A stretch of DNA of 64,000 bases from Andalucia godoyi And28 (GCA_009859145.1 VRVR01000030.1:115097-179096); one strand, 5' to 3'; positions 44,680 through 55,019 are shown, numbered from the stretch's first letter. Translations and numbers: made by a program. Notes: generated by a model from the letters alone, not told the origin.

Positions 44680-46269
44680 TTAAAGCTGCTCCCGACGACG
44701 AGACTCGGAGTTCAAGCGATGGACATAATCCACCGATGGCGGCTGACCTGCTCCCGACATCATTCCTGCGCTCGGATTCTTGAATTCGGATCCTTGCGGA
44801 ATGATTTCCGATCCTTCTGTCAGACCAAAGTCATCGGGAGTGATCGGGTCTGGGCGACCAGAGTCATTCTGAAGGACTGCAGGTCCGCCTCGCGATGGCA
44901 TCGAAGAACCCTTGCTCGCGTATCCAGGCGTGCCGTGCATCGCAAACGCTCCGCTCGAGTCTGAGCGGAACGACTGCTGGTCTGTTTCATTGTTTGTGGA
45001 CGGCGACGTTGAAATGAGCGTTGCAGGCACGCGGAATGACGACGCGGGCGACGCACCTACGATGTTCAGACCCTTTTCATTGCGCATGGACATCTGGCGC
45101 CTCTCTTGGTCAAAGTAGGCTTGGCCTTTCGAACCCATGGAATCCATTCGGCGGATGTCTTGCAGCAGAACGTCCGAGACATCGTCCTGCAGGCCAGGGA
45201 AGAAAATCGTGTTGTACGACGCAGGACTGAGGAACCGCAGCGGCAGATCCAATTTCAGATTGTTTCCCCAGGTTGCATCAAATGACAGGTGAAGAACATA
45301 CTCGACGCTGAACGTCGAGCAGCGATTCACAGTCACTGCGTCTGGAGGAGTAGGAACCTCCAACAGTATGTGGCGCTTCGAAAACGGGAGAATTGCGTGA
45401 TCTTGCGAAGAAAACGTAGTGCGACAAATGGTACGACGCTTCACAAGACGAGAGTTCCAGACCGAAAGATCTTTCGGGAGTGGTTCAAACGACTGGCGGC
45501 GCATACCATCACCATGAAGAATATAGCGCCGTATCTTGCACGATATGTTTGCCAGCTTGTGGTACGTGTCATTCATCACATACAGTATCAAAAACACTGG
45601 CTCTCCAGATGCATAGAAGTCCTTGTTGATGCGCGCCACGACTTGCACTCGATCTCCCGAGATTTCCTTCGAGCTGTACGTAGGCGCTGACGGTCCACGG
45701 ATCGCTTCAGCCTCCGTGCCCGAGAGGTTCTCAACCACATTGATTTCGCGGAATCCAGTAATATTCCGTTCCGGGTGAGTCGCATGCTCCACAGTCACAT
45801 AGATGCGGTACACCATTTGATAGTTCTTCGAGTTGTAGAATGACGTCGGGAGCCCTTCGGGGAGCTCAAAAACGAAAGGAAACACGTGCGTGCCCTTACG
45901 TAACAGATGAGTTTCTTCGTCAAGATACACGCGGTCTTGCAATTCCTGTGCCGACGATTTTTGAGATGGTGATGAGGAAGATGAAAAGGACTCCGCGTCT
46001 TGATTGTGCTGCTCCAAATGCACTCGGGCCTCCTTTGCAGCCTCTTTCGGATCTTTCCAGACCATAATCTCAGGAGAATCGAACAAAAGAGGCTGTTCTT
46101 CACGACTAGACACTTCAAATGCTCTCAGCCGTGCCAGGATGGAACGGGCGCGGTAGTTGTCTGGGCATGAAAACTCGACAAGCCCCGTGCAGTGTTGTCC
46201 CGAGACATAGACCGACTGGTCCAAAATGACGCTCAGTCGTCCAGAGCCAGGTTGTAAAAGTCGCTGCAT
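44680..46269 (-). CDS. Alpha-arrestin-like protein
   Basis: YVSGQHCTGLV, LLRKGTHVFPFVFELPEGLPTSF, YRIYV, VEYVLHL. Confidence 0.8.
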   Translation of the reverse strand: MQRLLQPGSGRLSVILDQSVYVSGQHCTGLVEFSCPDNYRARSILARLRAFEVSSREEQPLLFDSPEIMVWKDPKEAAKEARVHLEQHNQDAESFSSSSSPSQKSSAQELQDRVYLDEETHLLRKGTHVFPFVFELPEGLPTSFYNSKNYQMVYRIYVTVEHATHPERNITGFREINVVENLSGTEAEAIRGPSAPTYSSKEISGDRVQVVARINKDFYASGEPVFLILYVMNDTYHKLANISCKIRRYILHGDGMRRQSFEPLPKDLSVWNSRLVKRRTICRTTFSSQDHAILPFSKRHILLEVPTPPDAVTVNRCSTFSVEYVLHLSFDATWGNNLKLDLPLRFLSPASYNTIFFPGLQDDVSDVLLQDIRRMDSMGSKGQAYFDQERRQMSMRNEKGLNIVGASPASSFRVPATLISTSPSTNNETDQQSFRSDSSGAFAMHGTPGYASKGSSMPSRGGPAVLQNDSGRPDPITPDDFGLTEGSEIIPQGSEFKNPSAGMMSGAGQPPSVDYVHRLNSESRRREQL

Positions 46270-46720
46270 CCTTACTACAATAGATTGCTTTTCCTTTTCT
46301 TCTTTTTGGTTGCGCAGTAGAGGACTCTTGCTGAAAAATAAAAATTATTCGCAAATATCAAAAGAACAAGAACACAACAACAACAACAAAAACAAAAACA
46401 ACAAAATACTGTTCAGGACCAGCAGCTACGCGAGATCTCCAAGTGCTTCACTCACCAGAAAGGCGGGGGAGAAAGCATCTCTACAAACCCGCAAGTGCGA
46501 CGCTCGAGGGAATCGCAAAGGGCTGTTGTTGTATGGTACGTGAACTGGTCCCATGACGAATAGAACTTCGAATGATGACAGCAGTTGTTCCACAGCGTTG
46601 TTCGACGCCCGTGTCTGGTGTTTTCCTTTGCTGTCAGTCCCAGCACTTCAACCCTGGCCCGAGAAAAAGCCCTGATCGGTCAGCTCCTACGGATTTTTTG
46701 GGTGCTCGCACTACTGCCGG

Positions 46721-47989
46721 TTACATGGAGGAGGGACATTTGGCGCAAAATGCATTGCGATCAACGATTTTGCAGCAAGCATAACCCCACTTTCCGGATG
46801 CCTTGTCCCAATAAGAGCCCCACACAGAAGTGTGGTTGAGCGGCCAGACGTCTGCAGGAAATCGCTTCGCCGATGATTCTGTGCTGCCTCCTGTTGCCTG
46901 CGCTTCCACCATGCTCTCGCCTTTCAAACTGTCGGAGAGCTCAATTCCTGCGCTTTCCAGCTGCAAGCGCTCTTCCTCTGTCAGAACATCTGTCGAACCA
47001 TATTTTTCCAAAAGTTCTGCACGCAGCCGCTCGGCGTCTCGGGCCTTCTCCTCCTCCCATCTAGCAAATTCCTTTTCGGCGCGCGTTGGGTTCACAAACG
47101 GATGCACCTCGCGCTCTGCTTGCGATTCTCGAAATGCATAGAGCTGGACTTTCGCAAACACGCCAGCATCTCCAGTGCCGCGGTAAGCCACGTCGCCAAG
47201 CGCTTTTCGCTTGCGCCCAATCTCGGGATTCGCTTCGCTAGCAGAAACGGGTCCTCTCAGCGTTCTCGTCTTCGGATCATATGTCGACATGTCGTCTTCC
47301 AAGTTATTCAAGTATTTTGCCCTGTCCTCCCGATAGCGGGATCCTGAGGAGAATGCAGTGGTAGAAGTGGCAGCAGACAAGAGCTCCTCCTTTGTAGCTT
47401 CTGCACTCAACATTCTCTTGTCCTGCACTCGCTTCATGTAGTCCACGCTGTCGAATCCTGCCCATCTGTCGCGCTTCGCGTCGTACGACGATGCGTTCGT
47501 CCGCAGACGTCCAGGAACTCCCGGCAACACCTCGTCGACGGCAACATGCGCACCTGCATACTTTGCTTTTTTTGCCCGTGGCCGCTCGGTACAATCGCGG
47601 GTTGAGTGCGTCATTGATCCACAGTTTTCACAAGCACCTTTTCGAAGCTTGGTTGCGACAACACCGATTTTGCGAGCGTGTTTGAGTGCGTTTTCAGCTT
47701 CTTCGTCGAACTTCACATCAAGCGAAGTGTCTCGCCGCTGATGCGAAAGCGTGGAATCCAGCGCAGTTGAAGCGTTGGAGATCTGTGCATCCATAGTTCC
47801 AGATGCATTCGATCCGCCTCCTGACACTGGTAGCGTAGGGGGCGCAGATGCCGCAGATGCCGCAGCATACCAGGGAGCTCGCGCAATGAATTCAGGCATG
47901 TATGGGTTTGAACCAGTCGAGGGTGCTGAAGATCTAGGTCCATTTGCAGCACCAATCCCCCTCCGTTTGTTCCCCGACTGCCCACTCAT
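46721..47989 (-). CDS. SLU7: Pre-mRNA splicing factor Slu7
   Basis: NPYMPEFIARAPWY, zinc knuckle GACENCGSMTH..DC.ERPR, YDAKRDRW, REDRAKYL, HTSVWGSYW..WGYACC. Confidence 0.92.
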   Translation of the reverse strand: MSGQSGNKRRGIGAANGPRSSAPSTGSNPYMPEFIARAPWYAAASAASAPPTLPVSGGGSNASGTMDAQISNASTALDSTLSHQRRDTSLDVKFDEEAENALKHARKIGVVATKLRKGACENCGSMTHSTRDCTERPRAKKAKYAGAHVAVDEVLPGVPGRLRTNASSYDAKRDRWAGFDSVDYMKRVQDKRMLSAEATKEELLSAATSTTAFSSGSRYREDRAKYLNNLEDDMSTYDPKTRTLRGPVSASEANPEIGRKRKALGDVAYRGTGDAGVFAKVQLYAFRESQAEREVHPFVNPTRAEKEFARWEEEKARDAERLRAELLEKYGSTDVLTEEERLQLESAGIELSDSLKGESMVEAQATGGSTESSAKRFPADVWPLNHTSVWGSYWDKASGKWGYACCKIVDRNAFCAKCPSSM

Positions 47990-48234
47990 TCATTCACACC
48001 TTTTTTTTGTTGTTGTTGTTTTTGCACCAATGAAGACACAAGAAAGTAAAAGAAAATGAAACAATGGAGACACAAAAGTATTATACATGAAAAAACGGAC
48101 CTGGACTTGAGGACAGAAAGGTTGAGGCGGAATGAAGAGCGAAATGCTTTTTTATTGTATTTTTACAACCGCGCGCCCGAAGGGCATACCCTGAAACAGG
48201 GGGGGCATGTCTGTACGCTTCGTATTTTCCAATG

Positions 48235-48237
<3 letters not shown>

Positions 48238-48324
<87 letters not shown>
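48238..48324. repeat. (GA)n microsatellite
   Basis: Direct reading of sequence. Confidence 0.95.
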
Positions 48325-48326
<2 letters not shown>

Positions 48327-48346
48327 ACTCTGGTATTGTTGGTTGT

Positions 48347-48792
48347 TTATCTGCGACGGATAGTAGCGACAGTGACATGGTCAATGTTGTTGACTGTGAT
48401 GGACTGTTTCTTTCCATTTACGACGGCCCCATGAAAGTCTGATCCAAAAGCACTGCAGAGATCATGAGAAGAGGACGCAATGGACGATGCCGCAGCTGCA
48501 ATCGAGGCCGACGCAGAGCCACGGGACGCAATCAACAGACCCGATTTATCTGATACAGACACTGCAGACACATTTGGTTCAGCAGCTCTATGCACGGCAT
48601 ACAGAAGAAGAACAAGAAGAAGGTGAAAAGAAGGCGGAAAAAACACGAAGACAAAAAAGCGACATTAGACTCGAAACGGGAATTGAAAACAGCGAATTCT
48701 TATTCAATAAAACAGAGGGGAGAAACGGATAAGGTAAAACCAAAAAAGAAAACATACATCGAATCAAGAACGGCGGAGAATGAATCAGACAT
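48347..48792 (-). CDS. Ragulator subunit LAMTOR5-like roadblock protein; exons 48758-48792 and 48347-48587
   Basis: Spliced MSDSFSAVLDSIAAEPNVSAVSVSDKSGLLIASRG..HVTVAT (91 aa) follows the LAMTOR5 D..GL...RG pattern. Confidence 0.65.
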
Positions 48793-49304
48793 TGCTTGTG
48801 ATATTGTTCGGTTCTAGAGAATGTTGTGTACACGAGACCTGACAAAACAGCCAACAGCCGGCATGAAGTAAGTCTTTTCGTAGAATGAACGACACCAATA
48901 ATTATACGAACATCAGTCATCACCAATCGCAGGGAAAATCCTCCAAAGGACCAGGGTTTTGGTGCACAATACAAAATACACACCAACAACTCATCAAACC
49001 CTAGACTTTTAAACCCCGTCACCATTCCCGTGCACAGGGGACCTCGGTCAAGTCAAGTTTTCCTCCTCCCTATATATTATTTTAGATTTCTTTTTCTCGT
49101 GTCTCCAACACTCCAATCCTCCTCCATATCTTCCTCATTGGCGAGCTCGACTCGTTTTTGTTTTCTTCTTTTCTTTTTTCTTTTTTAATTTTAATTTTAT
49201 TATAATTATCATTCTCTCTTCGTTGCGCTTCCCCATTTTCATTGTTGGTTTACCCATTTTTCATCTTCTACAACAGACAGGGAAAAAAAAAATCCGAGCT
49301 GAGA

Positions 49305-50759
49305 ATGTCCACCGTTTCCAAAATCCCTGTGCAGCAGTACATCACTGAGAAGAAGCTTGAACCCTTGATTGAAAAGGGGGTCAACGCATGCTACAAGTCG
49401 CAAGCGGAGAACCCTGCGATCTTTCTTTCTGAATGGTTCCGTCGCGAGTCTGGCTCTCCGCTCATCCAGCGTCTTCATGGCCGCGAAGTCCTTGATTCAC
49501 GCGGAAACCCGACCGTCGAGTGCGACGTGATTGTGAACAACCGTGTAGTTGCTCGAGCGACTGCTCCGTCTGGCGCATCCACAGGTTCAAACGAGGCGCA
49601 CGAACTGCGTGACACTGACCGCAAGGATCGCTACCTTGGAAAGGGAGTCCAGACTGCAGTGGAGAACGTCAATTCAAAGCTCTCGGCTGCAGTTGCATCA
49701 TATGATGCCTCGGACCTGAGGGCATGCGATAAGGCCCTGTGCGACGCAGATGGCACGGAATTGAAGACAAAGCTTGGTGGAAATGCACTGACTGCCGCGT
49801 CATTTGCAATTGCCGAGGCTGGAGCCATTCTGACGGATACGTCACTCTACAAGCACCTTGCAAAGGCGTTTTTGGACGGCCAGGCCCCCCCTGCTTCGCA
49901 CCGCTATGCGCTGCCGATCCCGTTGGTTAACATTGTCAACGGAGGAAAGCATGCTGGTGGGAAACTGAAGATTCAGGAGTTCATGATCGTGCCAAAGTCT
50001 GGAATTCTCTTCCGCGACCAGCTGCGCATCATCACAGAAGTGTATCACAACCTCGGAAAAGTCCTTGTTGAGAAATATGGACCGTCCGCAAAGAATCTCG
50101 GCGATGAGGGCGGGTATGCACCATCTTTGGACACCCCGGACGAGGCACTTCAGGCAATCGAAGCGGGCATCTTGCGTGCTGGATACAAGGTTGGCGAGGA
50201 TGTGTTCCTTGCACTTGATTGCGCAGCCTCCGAGTACTACAACGAGGAGACCCACACGTATGAACTGATCCACGGGCAGCAGTTTACTGTTGATGAAGTG
50301 CTCGAGTTCTTTGCAAAGATGATTGAGGCACACCCTGCACTCATTTCGATCGAAGATCCGCTGCACGAGAAGGACTATGAAGGATGGGTCAGATTCAACG
50401 AGAGATTTGGTGCACAGCGCATGGTTGTCGGCGACGATCTCTACACCACAAACCCAAACATGATCAAGAGAGGAATCGAGCACAAGTGGGCGAACGCCCT
50501 TTTGCTGAAGGTCAACCAGATCGGTACCGTTTCCGAAGCAATCGAGGCAGCAAAGTTGAAGTTTGCCGCTGGTGGACAGGTTATCGTATCTCATAGATCT
50601 GGAGAATCTGTTGGATCAACGATTGCGGATCTGGCTGTGGGAATCGGCGCAAAGTACATCAAGACTGGTGCAGTTGCTCGTGGTGAACGTGTTGCAAAAT
50701 ACAACAGGCTGCTCCAAATTGAGGAAGAGCTCATTGCCGAAGGACTCCTTGCACAGTAA
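49305..50759 (+). CDS. Enolase with N-terminal helical extension (plant ENO3/animal ENO4-like architecture)
   Basis: REVLDSRGNPTVE, PSGASTG, QEFMI, GDEGG, DCAASE, SIEDP, VGDDL, LLKVNQIG, SHRSGE, IKTG, ERVAKYNRLL. Confidence 0.95.
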   Translation: MSTVSKIPVQQYITEKKLEPLIEKGVNACYKSQAENPAIFLSEWFRRESGSPLIQRLHGREVLDSRGNPTVECDVIVNNRVVARATAPSGASTGSNEAHELRDTDRKDRYLGKGVQTAVENVNSKLSAAVASYDASDLRACDKALCDADGTELKTKLGGNALTAASFAIAEAGAILTDTSLYKHLAKAFLDGQAPPASHRYALPIPLVNIVNGGKHAGGKLKIQEFMIVPKSGILFRDQLRIITEVYHNLGKVLVEKYGPSAKNLGDEGGYAPSLDTPDEALQAIEAGILRAGYKVGEDVFLALDCAASEYYNEETHTYELIHGQQFTVDEVLEFFAKMIEAHPALISIEDPLHEKDYEGWVRFNERFGAQRMVVGDDLYTTNPNMIKRGIEHKWANALLLKVNQIGTVSEAIEAAKLKFAAGGQVIVSHRSGESVGSTIADLAVGIGAKYIKTGAVARGERVAKYNRLLQIEEELIAEGLLAQ

Positions 50760-51028
50760 GCCAATGGCTTCTTCTGCGTTGTGCTTAGCCAGCCGATGTT
50801 TTACGTTCTTCTTCGTTTTCTTCCCTATCTCCTATGCGCATTCCTGCCTTTATTTCTTTCTGTGATGCAGTAGTAGTCTGGTTATCGCATGTGTCTTGGC
50901 TGCCGTTACTGTTTGTGCTTTGCCCCTTCCTTTCTTCTTCTCTTCTTTCTGCTTTCTCGTACGGTTATAAAAAAGCTTACATCAAACACGAAATTACAAG
51001 ACAATCTGTTCCTTACAAGAACATTTAT

Positions 51029-51445
51029 TTACAAATCTACAGCCTCTATTCCAGGATGTGTGTCCTGTGGTACTTGGGCTAGCTGCGGAATCGGCGTGAG
51101 ATCGGGAACTGGAGCAAGCAAAGGGGTCTGCTCTGTGGAATATGCTGCAGCCCGTGCAGGTGCAGGTGCAGGTGCAGGTGCAGAATGGTCAATTGCGTCA
51201 GGGTTTTTGCACCCTGCTGCGATCCACGGATCCGAAAACATTGACGGAGACAACAGTGATCGAGTGTGCTGAAATGGCTGATTGTTGCTGCTCTGATGAT
51301 GGTGATGAGGGAGGTAGTGACTGTGATGCTGGTAATGATCACTAAAACCGCGACCGCGACCGCGGCTGTGACTGTGACCGCGATCGTTTCGCCCACGGTA
51401 CGGAAATGGCTGTTGCCTGTAACCGCGGTAAGCCCCCCGTTCCAT
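51029..51445 (-). CDS. Small RGG/His-rich protein with MPLKIP/TTDN1-like PSMxxDPW motif
   Basis: MERGAYRGY..RGRGRG..LLSPSMFSDPWIAA. Confidence 0.45.
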   Translation of the reverse strand: MERGAYRGYRQQPFPYRGRNDRGHSHSRGRGRGFSDHYQHHSHYLPHHHHQSSNNQPFQHTRSLLSPSMFSDPWIAAGCKNPDAIDHSAPAPAPAPARAAAYSTEQTPLLAPVPDLTPIPQLAQVPQDTHPGIEAVDL

Positions 51446-51581
51446 TTCCTCTTGGTTTGGACCGAAAATCACGCACGTCTGACAATTCAAAGCTCTGCTT
51501 GATCAATCGATCGATCGAAGATATCCAATCAATTTGCTTGCTTGTTTGCACAACAGACACGATCCACGCCGCTGCCACTTA

Positions 51582-53477
51582 CACTGGAAGTGAACCAGAT
51601 CTTTTCGTGGAGTGAAAGCGGGCTCTTTTTGGAGTGAACCAGGTCATTCATTGCCAGCGCTTGTACCAATTAGAAAATTCGAATTTTTCGTGTTTGCTTT
51701 CTCGCCAAGTTCCCTATCACAGCTTCTTCCAACTGTGCTCCACGGCTATGGCTTCGTGAACAGAGGGGTATGAAACAGGCCTCATTCTCTGCAGTTGGTG
51801 CAGGTCGATGCCCCACTCTTTGTACTTCTGCAGGGCAATGGCGGCTTCTTCGTCCCCTTCGTGGATTCCATCCAGAATTTTGCGTGAATTGACTGGAATC
51901 TTTTTCAAGCACTGCGCAAAGAACGAACGTGCATGCTTGTATGCGGCAATGGTGTGATCGGGCAAGATCTGGGTCGCAGCGTGATGAACCAGTGCTGCAT
52001 TTCTCGGACAATCTGACAGAACTGGAACTTCCACATTCCGAATACTTCTTCGCAAGGATCAAGAAATGGAGAATACGGCGGCAGCTGTTCTACTTCAATT
52101 TTTTGGATTCCCACTCGCGCAACAAGGGGATCACTGTTTGCTTCGCTGTATGCATTGGAACGTTGTCGTGAATGATCATTTGCTTTTGACCTTCGAGGAG
52201 CTTTCCCGTTTGTTCGAGACGCTGGAAGAGATTCTTCAGAAATACGGCGTACGTGACGCCATTGATGCCCCCCTGTGTAGCATTCGTAATAGACGAGCGA
52301 ACTTTCTGTCGACAGCTGCGATCACAGTCAGGCTCTGCACTTGCATGTTGTCAATTGCCAGCAGTGGACGACATCCTTGAAGGGATATCCCTTGTTCGGG
52401 GTGGACAACAACATTGAACGGGCGTCTCGTCGATGAAAATTGCTTTTTGGTACTGATCTTCTTTGTCGCCAAGCATTTTCGATGCGTATTCACTACGAGC
52501 ATGGATTAGGCGTTCCAGATTTCAAGAAACGGGAACTGTCAAGAAATCCGCGACTTCGCTTGTACGGCTCCCCATGAAGTTAATTTGATTCCAAATGATG
52601 TTTCGATCCTCCTGCGATACAACTCCAGTAGGCTTTATCGGCGTTCTCGCCAGTTCTTCCTTCGCCTTTTCGACAGCCTCCTTTCGCTGATGTTCTGCAA
52701 GAGCTGCCTTCGCTAATGTCTCTCGCACAGCTGCTTGCATCGTCAGCGTCCCTGCTGCATCGCTGTTTTGGAGCTTCCGCGCTCTTTTCATTTCCCGAAC
52801 TTCCTTTGCAGCATCCAGCGAAAGCCGCTTCCTCGATGTGAGTTGGTTCATTTGAAGCCCCTGCAGTTCTGGAATAGCTGCCACATCCGTGTGGGAAATG
52901 GGAATCACCTTTTCATCATCTGGCAAGATTCGTTTCGCAGTCTGGCTTGGAACACTCGCGCTAGATGAAGCAGATGCCACAGCCTGCGCGTCTCGTCGCC
53001 TCAGTGAAGGTACACGAACACAATTGTCATACACCTCAGTTAACGGCTGGCGGACTGGAAAAGCCTCAGAAGCGCTTCTTTCTTGAAAAAGCTCGTTTTC
53101 AGCACCCGCAAAAGGTCCACGGCACACGTCTTTCCACGCTGAAGTTGAAAATATGGCGCGGTTCTCTGAGAGCTCCCGGGCGGGTCCGGCTGCGTTTGCT
53201 TGTGGGTTTTGTGCCGCGTTGCTCTCGATTTCGTGCGACGATTTTGAGTCTGGGTTCTCTCGTGCCAAGGTTTCCGTGGTCTGCTTCATTCCTGGACGTG
53301 TGTTTCCAATGTGTGATCAGTTCCTTTATTAAAAATTGAAGAAGGAGAGAAAGAGCTCTATTTCTTTTTGTCTCCATTTTAGTGTCTCCCACGCAAACTG
53401 TGCGCGCCAAAAAATTATTATTCGCCAACTGCAGCAGCAGTTCACTCCAAAAAAAAAAAGATCTGGTTCACTTCCAG
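51582..53477 (-). mobile_element. Decayed IS630/Tc1-mariner-type DNA transposon
   Basis: Perfect 22-bp TIR CTGGAAGTGAACCAGATCTTTT at 51584-51605 and inverted at 53456-53477; left end TA|CACTGG; subterminal GGAGTGAA repeats; transposase relics inside. Confidence 0.85.
51900..53289 (-). pseudogene. IS630-like DDE transposase pseudogene
   Basis: Long N-terminal ORF ending in an HTH-like segment, then ARSEYA..AIFIDET (D about 52430), IHDNVPMH (D about 52166), LPPYSPFLDPCEE; at least three frameshifts and an apparent internal deletion. Confidence 0.85.
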
Positions 53478-53488
53478 GCGGTCGGATG

Positions 53489-53577
53489 TAAGAACGTCTC
53501 TCATGCTGAGGGGCGTGTTGGGGCCTACACCCCTTCCCAATCATGCTATGCATGTTGGTTAGTGTAGAATGTAGGCG
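53489..53577 (+). mobile_element. Fanzor/TnpB remnant D: last codons plus deleted omegaRNA-like module
   Basis: 53489-53557 matches copy B with 3 differences over about 68 nt; after a deletion of about 46 nt resumes with GGTTAGTGTAGAATGTAGGCG. Confidence 0.8.
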
Positions 53578-54296
53578 TTGTCGTAACGACTGGCGGACGG
53601 CTATGATAAATCATCAGATAGTATGCCTGAGTTGACAGTCGTCGACGTTGCTGTTGAACGAAAGCCGACCTTTTTCTTCCGCAGACTGCTGCGGGTTGCT
53701 GTCGTTGTTTGTCGTGGCTGTTGTTGTTGTTATCGCGGCGGCGTGGGTGTGCAGGTCGAGGCCCAATGAGATCCTGTCGAATATTCACAACCGATTCCTT
53801 TTAATCGATTGTTCCTCCGCCGCGGCCTCTCTTTCTCCCTCTCTATGACGCACAACATTGCCAATCAACAGAATGAATAGCATATCTGCTCGATTGAAAA
53901 CAGAGAATGAACAAGTGGATTAAAAATGCGGAATGGCAATAAAAAAAGCTCGTTGAAACCCCTAGTTTCCCATGGTTCCCAGGGTCCCAACGGTTTCTGA
54001 CGAATGCATTAATTGCTCAATTCGAGAGCTCTGAACAAAAAAATAGGATGTCTCTGTCTTTTGGGGTACACAGCCTCACGGATGTCCCACTCAAAAGGAG
54101 AGCTTCATTGGATGGGCGCTGATGCGGATTGTAAAAGTCACTTTACGCCAAAAACATCTGTCTGTGACGCAGCACGCGAGCCAAAATGTTTGAAGAGGTT
54201 TTGGGTTGGAGGTAAGTACTTGATGAAGAAGGGAAAATCAGCACTCTTTTATTGTGTGTACTCTACATCGTTTCTTCAGGATCAGCTGTTGCTTGC

Positions 54297-55019
54297 CTAC
54301 AGACTCTGGGACAATTGGGCAAACAGATGAACGGGAAAACCCACGACATTCGCATACTCGCCTTCGATCGACTGAACGAGGACTCCGCCGAGACCCTGGA
54401 TCTTGTATCCTCCAGCAGCATCCTTTGCCTCTCCCGTTTGTACGTATGCTTGCAGAGCATCCTCTGAGCATTCTGCAAATCTCACTGTTGTTTCTGCAAC
54501 GCCAGATAGCACTTTGCTCTGGCTTGGAACAGCAATCCACAGCGCAGTCTGCACCGTGTGCGGCGCCCCGTTCAGCAATCGCAGCATCTGCAGATGCTCT
54601 GTTTCGCTTTCTGGCTTGTTCAGCACCTTTTGCCCCTTTCTCTGGCGCCCGCCTTCTGCGTCATCAGCGGCGACACCGGCACCATCAACAACAACAATTG
54701 TGTCGGCAGCAATGACGAGAACAGGTCGTCGATCAGCATCGTCCACAGTGGTGCATGCGACCCGTTCCACAATATCAATAAGCTTTCTTCGTCCAGTTTC
54801 TGCAACATATGCAGCTGTACTTGGAAAATCGCCAGGGTTCAAATCTTCTGCAAAGGTCGACGGAACCACCTCAAACGACGGGTCGCTCACGGAACAACCA
54901 AGCAACTGCGATAGCAGCTCTTTGCGACGTGGCGAAGACGAAGCAAGAATCACTCGATAGCGCGATGCAAGCGTCAAAAGAGTGGAAAGCACATTGCCAG
55001 AAAACACACTTCTTGCCAT
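54297..55019 (-). CDS. Maf-family nucleotide pyrophosphatase
   Basis: VILASSSPRRKELL, VIAADTIV, AGGYKIQG, EGEYANVVGFP. Confidence 0.93.
   Translation of the reverse strand: MARSVFSGNVLSTLLTLASRYRVILASSSPRRKELLSQLLGCSVSDPSFEVVPSTFAEDLNPGDFPSTAAYVAETGRRKLIDIVERVACTTVDDADRRPVLVIAADTIVVVDGAGVAADDAEGGRQRKGQKVLNKPESETEHLQMLRLLNGAPHTVQTALWIAVPSQSKVLSGVAETTVRFAECSEDALQAYVQTGEAKDAAGGYKIQGLGGVLVQSIEGEYANVVGFPVHLFAQLSQSL

Noticed and set aside
48996-49004. AAACCCTAG telo-box-like motif in a divergent promoter
   Set aside because: Single short occurrence; no telomeric array or template context
53621-53630. 10-mer AGTATGCCTG complementary to 25310-25319 in module A
   Set aside because: Short isolated match, compatible with chance
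54205-54220. TACTTACCT on the minus strand resembling the U1 snRNA 5' end
   Set aside because: Just the complement of a GGTAAGT donor-like site; no U1 stem-loops or Sm site
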